The position numbers and the translations under genes are program-made. This document shows positions 60,248-64,000 of a DNA stretch of 64,000 nt, one piece after another. Each line of letters starts with the position of its first letter. Position 1 is the first letter of the stretch. The stretch is from an uncultured Acidimicrobiia bacterium. GTDB taxonomy: Bacteria > Acidobacteriota > Terriglobia > Versatilivoradales > Versatilivoraceae. Below the pieces are notes generated by a model that was not told the DNA's origin, made no database searches, and saw only the letters and a program-made list of their open reading frames with translations. The stretch covers positions 416,001 to 480,000 of the forward strand of contig CAWBAT010000008.1 of NCBI GenBank assembly GCA_963786955.1, in the 5' to 3' direction.

Positions 60248-62773
60248 ATGACTTCAGGTGCTAAACAGATCGTGTCGAACAAGTCTACAGCGGGAGCAAG
60301 GGAATGGACATTTAAACGGGCGAAAAGCCTTTGGCGGCCGATGACAAGAGCTGTGCAGCATGTTGGTGTTCCCGGCTACCAGTGGCAGGCTTCGGTCCTC
60401 TGGGACGGCTCACTTTTTTTCGGACCTCTTTTGTGGCGGGACAATCCGGCAGTAAGAGAGGAAGCGGCATCGCTGGGTGATAACTTGCTGGATGTTTCCG
60501 TGGGTTACGGTAATCCGATGCGCTTTCTAGACCGCGCTGGCCTAGGTAGTCCCAGCATTATTCAAAGCCTCGATGAGGGTCGTCTTCTCATTCCCCATGT
60601 TGAGACAAGAGAAGGCAAGTTAGTTTGGGATGAAACTGTTTTTGGTCATCTTCTGGGTCGCAAGACTGAGGAAGGCATGAACCCTTGCCCAGACGACGTA
60701 CTCATTGTACATGCGCTATTTAAGGTCCGGAATACCAGCAAGAAGTCTAAGCGAGGCCATTTGTGGCTTCATTTTGGAAATTCAAGCCAGCTCAGGTTGG
60801 GTTACAAGGTGGGCCGAGGCGACAAACTCAGCCGGGCGATCCCACACCGATTCGAACCACCGTTTGGAGTACTTGGAACGAAGGTTCGCTATGTGATTCC
60901 GAATCCGGCGAAAGGAACTTTGGTCTGGCACGGTCAAATCGCGCGGCCGAAGGGGGTTGAAAATCTGGCCACAAGAGTTGTTGAATGGAATGTGCCGCTA
61001 TCCGCTGGTGAGGAAGCCGAACTACGACTGATTGTGCCCTTTGGAGTGATTGACAGAAAGACCGCCAACCGGATCGCAGATCTGAATGGCGATTCCTTGT
61101 TAAGTGAAGTGCGACACTTTTGGAAAAGGCTCGCTGGCGATTCGGCGGCAGTCATCACTACCGCAGACAGTTTTATAAATGACTATGCCGCCGCCGCGGC
61201 CGCACAAACCATAGGACAGATCGGCTATCGCCATCAGGCACGGGTGTGGATGTGCAAGACGACTCCGGCCTGGTACGAACTCTATTGGCCGCCATGTTCG
61301 GCATGTGCTCTTCCCACATTGGATCTCCGAGGCCTGACAAAGTATTCACGTCCGGTGCTTCAAAGCTTTCTTGATTCCCAGACTGATCGAGCCTATAACC
61401 TGACAAAGGATCGACGGCCAAAGAAAGGGGAAAGTGTCCGGAGTGAAGGGTTTGCGAAGGCGCCAGGTTTCTTGGGAAATTTTGGAGTATGGACTATGAA
61501 CACTCTGCTCCTGAGTCACGGGCTGGAACTCTGGGCTCTGGCTTCTCATTACCGGATCACGCGCGACCGCACGTGGCTGGGTGAGGGCCCGGGATCGCGA
61601 CTGGAATCCATCGTTGCAGCCTGCGACTGGCTTGCGGTCCAGCGACGGCGAACGATGCGAAAAGAAAACGGAAGAAAGGTTCCACAGTGGGGGCTATTGC
61701 CAGCGGCCGCAGCACACGACTGGATGTCTGGCTATACGATCTTCAACGATGCCTATTGCCTTTATGGGATGATCGAGGCTGTTCGGCTACTCCGCGAAAT
61801 CGGCCATCCGAGGATAGAAGAACTAGCTAGAGAATTGAATGATTATCGCACCTGCACTCGGGACCGGTACCGAGATGCACGTGACCAGGCTCGCCGGGTT
61901 CCTGCAGCGGACGGCTCAGAATTGCCTTATGTGCCTCGCGAAATAAATGAGCTGGATTGGAGAGATACCGACTGGACATATACAGGTTACGGGCCACTTC
62001 GCGCTGGTGCGTGGGGAGCGTGGGATCCGCATGATGAATTGGTAGACCAGGCGTTAGCATTTCTTGAATCGGGGATGCCGAAAGGAAAGGGATTTTACTT
62101 TCATCGGTCCCGCTTCTCTGGGAAAGACAAGTTCGGGCACAGAACAGCCGACGATAATTTTAATGACATTGATGATTCCAGAGCCGCCCGGCATTTTCTC
62201 TGGAGGCATTACGTCGAATACGAAACCGCGTTCCCTGTCGGTCTTGATCTTTTCCTTCAGCGAGACGACCTACCGCGGTTCTTTGATTGCTTTTTCAACA
62301 ACATGTCCGCTGCTGTCCATCACGGTTTCCGAGTCGGAGTTGAATCGTTGGATGGTGTTCCCTCGGAGACTCCAGGAGAGGCAGCGCGCTGGCGAGCCAT
62401 ACGCGGCATGTTTATAAATGAACGTGACGGCTATGATGGTACACAACAATCCTTATGGCTTCTTCAGGCGGTCCCGCGGTCCTGGCTCAAGCCCGGCGGG
62501 CATCTTGCAGTCAAAAAGATGGGAACGCATTTTGGCGGCCACGTCGATCTCGACATCAGCCTGGCTCAGGACCGGAATTCAATTATGGTTTCAGCCTCAC
62601 TTGACTTGTCGGTAGCGCCTACAGAGGTGCGCATGAGGCTGCGTTCCGATGACGGCCGGCCACTTGTTGCGGCACGGATCGATGGAGCTGACACGCCGGT
62701 CCTGGAAGGGGACACGATCAGGCTGCCGGATCAGATCAAGGGGACATATAGAGTTGATGGGTGCTTTGCGTAG
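60248..62773 (+). CDS. Large hypothetical protein, probable (alpha/alpha)6 glycosidase-like fold
   Basis: 841 aa; HYRITRDRTWL, GLLP..AHDW and LWLLQAVPRSWL segments resemble six-hairpin glycosidase-like proteins. Confidence 0.55.
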   Translation: MTSGAKQIVSNKSTAGAREWTFKRAKSLWRPMTRAVQHVGVPGYQWQASVLWDGSLFFGPLLWRDNPAVREEAASLGDNLLDVSVGYGNPMRFLDRAGLGSPSIIQSLDEGRLLIPHVETREGKLVWDETVFGHLLGRKTEEGMNPCPDDVLIVHALFKVRNTSKKSKRGHLWLHFGNSSQLRLGYKVGRGDKLSRAIPHRFEPPFGVLGTKVRYVIPNPAKGTLVWHGQIARPKGVENLATRVVEWNVPLSAGEEAELRLIVPFGVIDRKTANRIADLNGDSLLSEVRHFWKRLAGDSAAVITTADSFINDYAAAAAAQTIGQIGYRHQARVWMCKTTPAWYELYWPPCSACALPTLDLRGLTKYSRPVLQSFLDSQTDRAYNLTKDRRPKKGESVRSEGFAKAPGFLGNFGVWTMNTLLLSHGLELWALASHYRITRDRTWLGEGPGSRLESIVAACDWLAVQRRRTMRKENGRKVPQWGLLPAAAAHDWMSGYTIFNDAYCLYGMIEAVRLLREIGHPRIEELARELNDYRTCTRDRYRDARDQARRVPAADGSELPYVPREINELDWRDTDWTYTGYGPLRAGAWGAWDPHDELVDQALAFLESGMPKGKGFYFHRSRFSGKDKFGHRTADDNFNDIDDSRAARHFLWRHYVEYETAFPVGLDLFLQRDDLPRFFDCFFNNMSAAVHHGFRVGVESLDGVPSETPGEAARWRAIRGMFINERDGYDGTQQSLWLLQAVPRSWLKPGGHLAVKKMGTHFGGHVDLDISLAQDRNSIMVSASLDLSVAPTEVRMRLRSDDGRPLVAARIDGADTPVLEGDTIRLPDQIKGTYRVDGCFA

Positions 62774-62834
62774 AATAAGCAGTCGGACAGCAATACTCAG
62801 TTTATTCCAATGATGGTCGAAGGAGGAAAGAGCA

Positions 62835-64000
62835 ATGGCAAAAGGTTCTCGGAAGACAGGCGGCTCCAAGCCGCCGGTATTGCCGCCGTACATAGCGAAT
62901 GAGAAGCAGCAGTTTTCGTTTCTGATGAGTGAGGATTTCTTGGAGAGGCACAACGTTGCCTGGCGTGTTGAGCCGGGAGAACAAGACCCGGCCAATCCTC
63001 TGGTTGAGCCCAAGTATCCGTGGGACTCCGGCTGCACTTTCCTCCACGGAAGCATCATGGTAGACCCGATGGATCAGTTATGGAAGGCCTGGTATCTCAG
63101 CAAGCCGCTAGGGAAGGGGCCTTCCGAGAACCCGGCCGCGGGCCGGATTCTGACCTATGCCGAGTCCGAGGATGGCGTGCATTGGACAAGGCCCGAGCTG
63201 GACATCGCCCTGTATGAGGGACGTACACGGAGCAACATTCTTTTTGACCTCGACTCGGGTGGGCTGTCGCAGCATCCTTCGGTGATTGTTCATCCCGATG
63301 CCGATCCCGATTGGCGTTATGAGATGTTCGTGTTGCGCTATCCGGGGCACGGAGGTTCGGCCGAAGTCGTCCGGGGCTTTCCGTTACCGCCAGGCGAGAC
63401 AAAGCATAGCGGCGGTGTGTATCGTTACCACTCGTCCGATGGTAAGCACTGGCAGCCTTGGGAGATCTTGGGCCTCAGTACACGCGACAGCATTCTGGTT
63501 CACCAGTTACAGGATGGAACGTATCGCACTTTCTACAAAGGCATAACCGCAGTTCCTCCCGGCGGCCTGGTTCCGTATGACGTTGCCGTTGGCGAATGCC
63601 GCATTATCGTCGTTCGCACCAGCGAGGACGGGACCAACTGGTCGGGATACGAACCGGTCATCACGCCGGACTGGATGGACCCGCAAGATACGCAGTTCAT
63701 GGAGCTGGATACAGTGCCTGAGAAGGGCGGCTATATCGGAACACTGGCTGTGTACCACCTTCTTACCCAAAGCATTGACATTCAGTTTGCGGCCTCGCGC
63801 GACGGCAAGCGCTGGTGGCGGCCGGACCGTCGTCCTTGCGTTCCCTTGAACACCCTTGGCGATTACGGCGGCGGCATGATCTGGCCTTTGCAATCGCCCC
63901 TTCACCATAACGGCAGGCTGTATTTCTACTATTCCGGTTGCGACGGATTGCACGCCGATTACATGACTACGGAGTTGGTGCAGGAATTTCGCCGGAGTTT
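62835..64000 (+). CDS. Beta-propeller glycoside-hydrolase-like protein (GH32/43/130-like), running off the window end
   Basis: Not in the ORF track. AGGAGG RBS at 62821; frame open to the end; NPLVEPKYPWD and four S-x-D-G-x-x-W repeats. Confidence 0.75.
   Translation, partial: MAKGSRKTGGSKPPVLPPYIANEKQQFSFLMSEDFLERHNVAWRVEPGEQDPANPLVEPKYPWDSGCTFLHGSIMVDPMDQLWKAWYLSKPLGKGPSENPAAGRILTYAESEDGVHWTRPELDIALYEGRTRSNILFDLDSGGLSQHPSVIVHPDADPDWRYEMFVLRYPGHGGSAEVVRGFPLPPGETKHSGGVYRYHSSDGKHWQPWEILGLSTRDSILVHQLQDGTYRTFYKGITAVPPGGLVPYDVAVGECRIIVVRTSEDGTNWSGYEPVITPDWMDPQDTQFMELDTVPEKGGYIGTLAVYHLLTQSIDIQFAASRDGKRWWRPDRRPCVPLNTLGDYGGGMIWPLQSPLHHNGRLYFYYSGCDGLHADYMTTELVQEFRRS

Noticed and set aside
62597-63953. 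Short overlapping ORFs near the window end
   Set aside because: They are shadows of the long open + strand frame starting at 62835.

Overview
Bacterial chromosomal window; the gene repertoire looks Acidobacteriota-like, but this is only an inference. Several long genes are broken by single-base indels, which points to uncorrected long-read errors. 0-38.3 kb is mostly housekeeping and metabolism: ACP plus FAAL-acyltransferase, a CzcCBA-type efflux pump, GH116, MATE, rmuC, an ABC exporter, purA, trxA, glgA, rsmA, rnj, uppP, ftsK, cutA, ftsB and initiator tRNA-Met. Its intergenic spaces are dense with small repeats: GTAG-type REPs, CCCCTC...GAGGGG hairpins, two MITE-like elements nested inside those hairpins, and degenerate 7-bp tandem arrays in inverted pairs. 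One such inverted pair encloses a four-helix-bundle (23S rRNA IVS / Avd-like) gene. A mosaic island starts after tRNA-fMet. It holds a tyrosine integrase, a RelE/HigB-type TA pair, an SbcCD-like pair, an Fe-S DNA glycosylase next to a methyltransferase-HNH fusion, an AbiE-type locus with its inverted-repeat operator, and an integron-integrase remnant. Further right are a complete 2-hydroxyisobutyryl-CoA mutase operon (hcmB-ligase-meaH-hcmA) and uncharacterised carbohydrate-enzyme-like genes. The best candidates for undescribed biology are the heptamer-arm/four-helix-bundle cassette with its gene-less versions, the nested REP/MITE elements, and the glycosylase + MTase-HNH putative defence pair.
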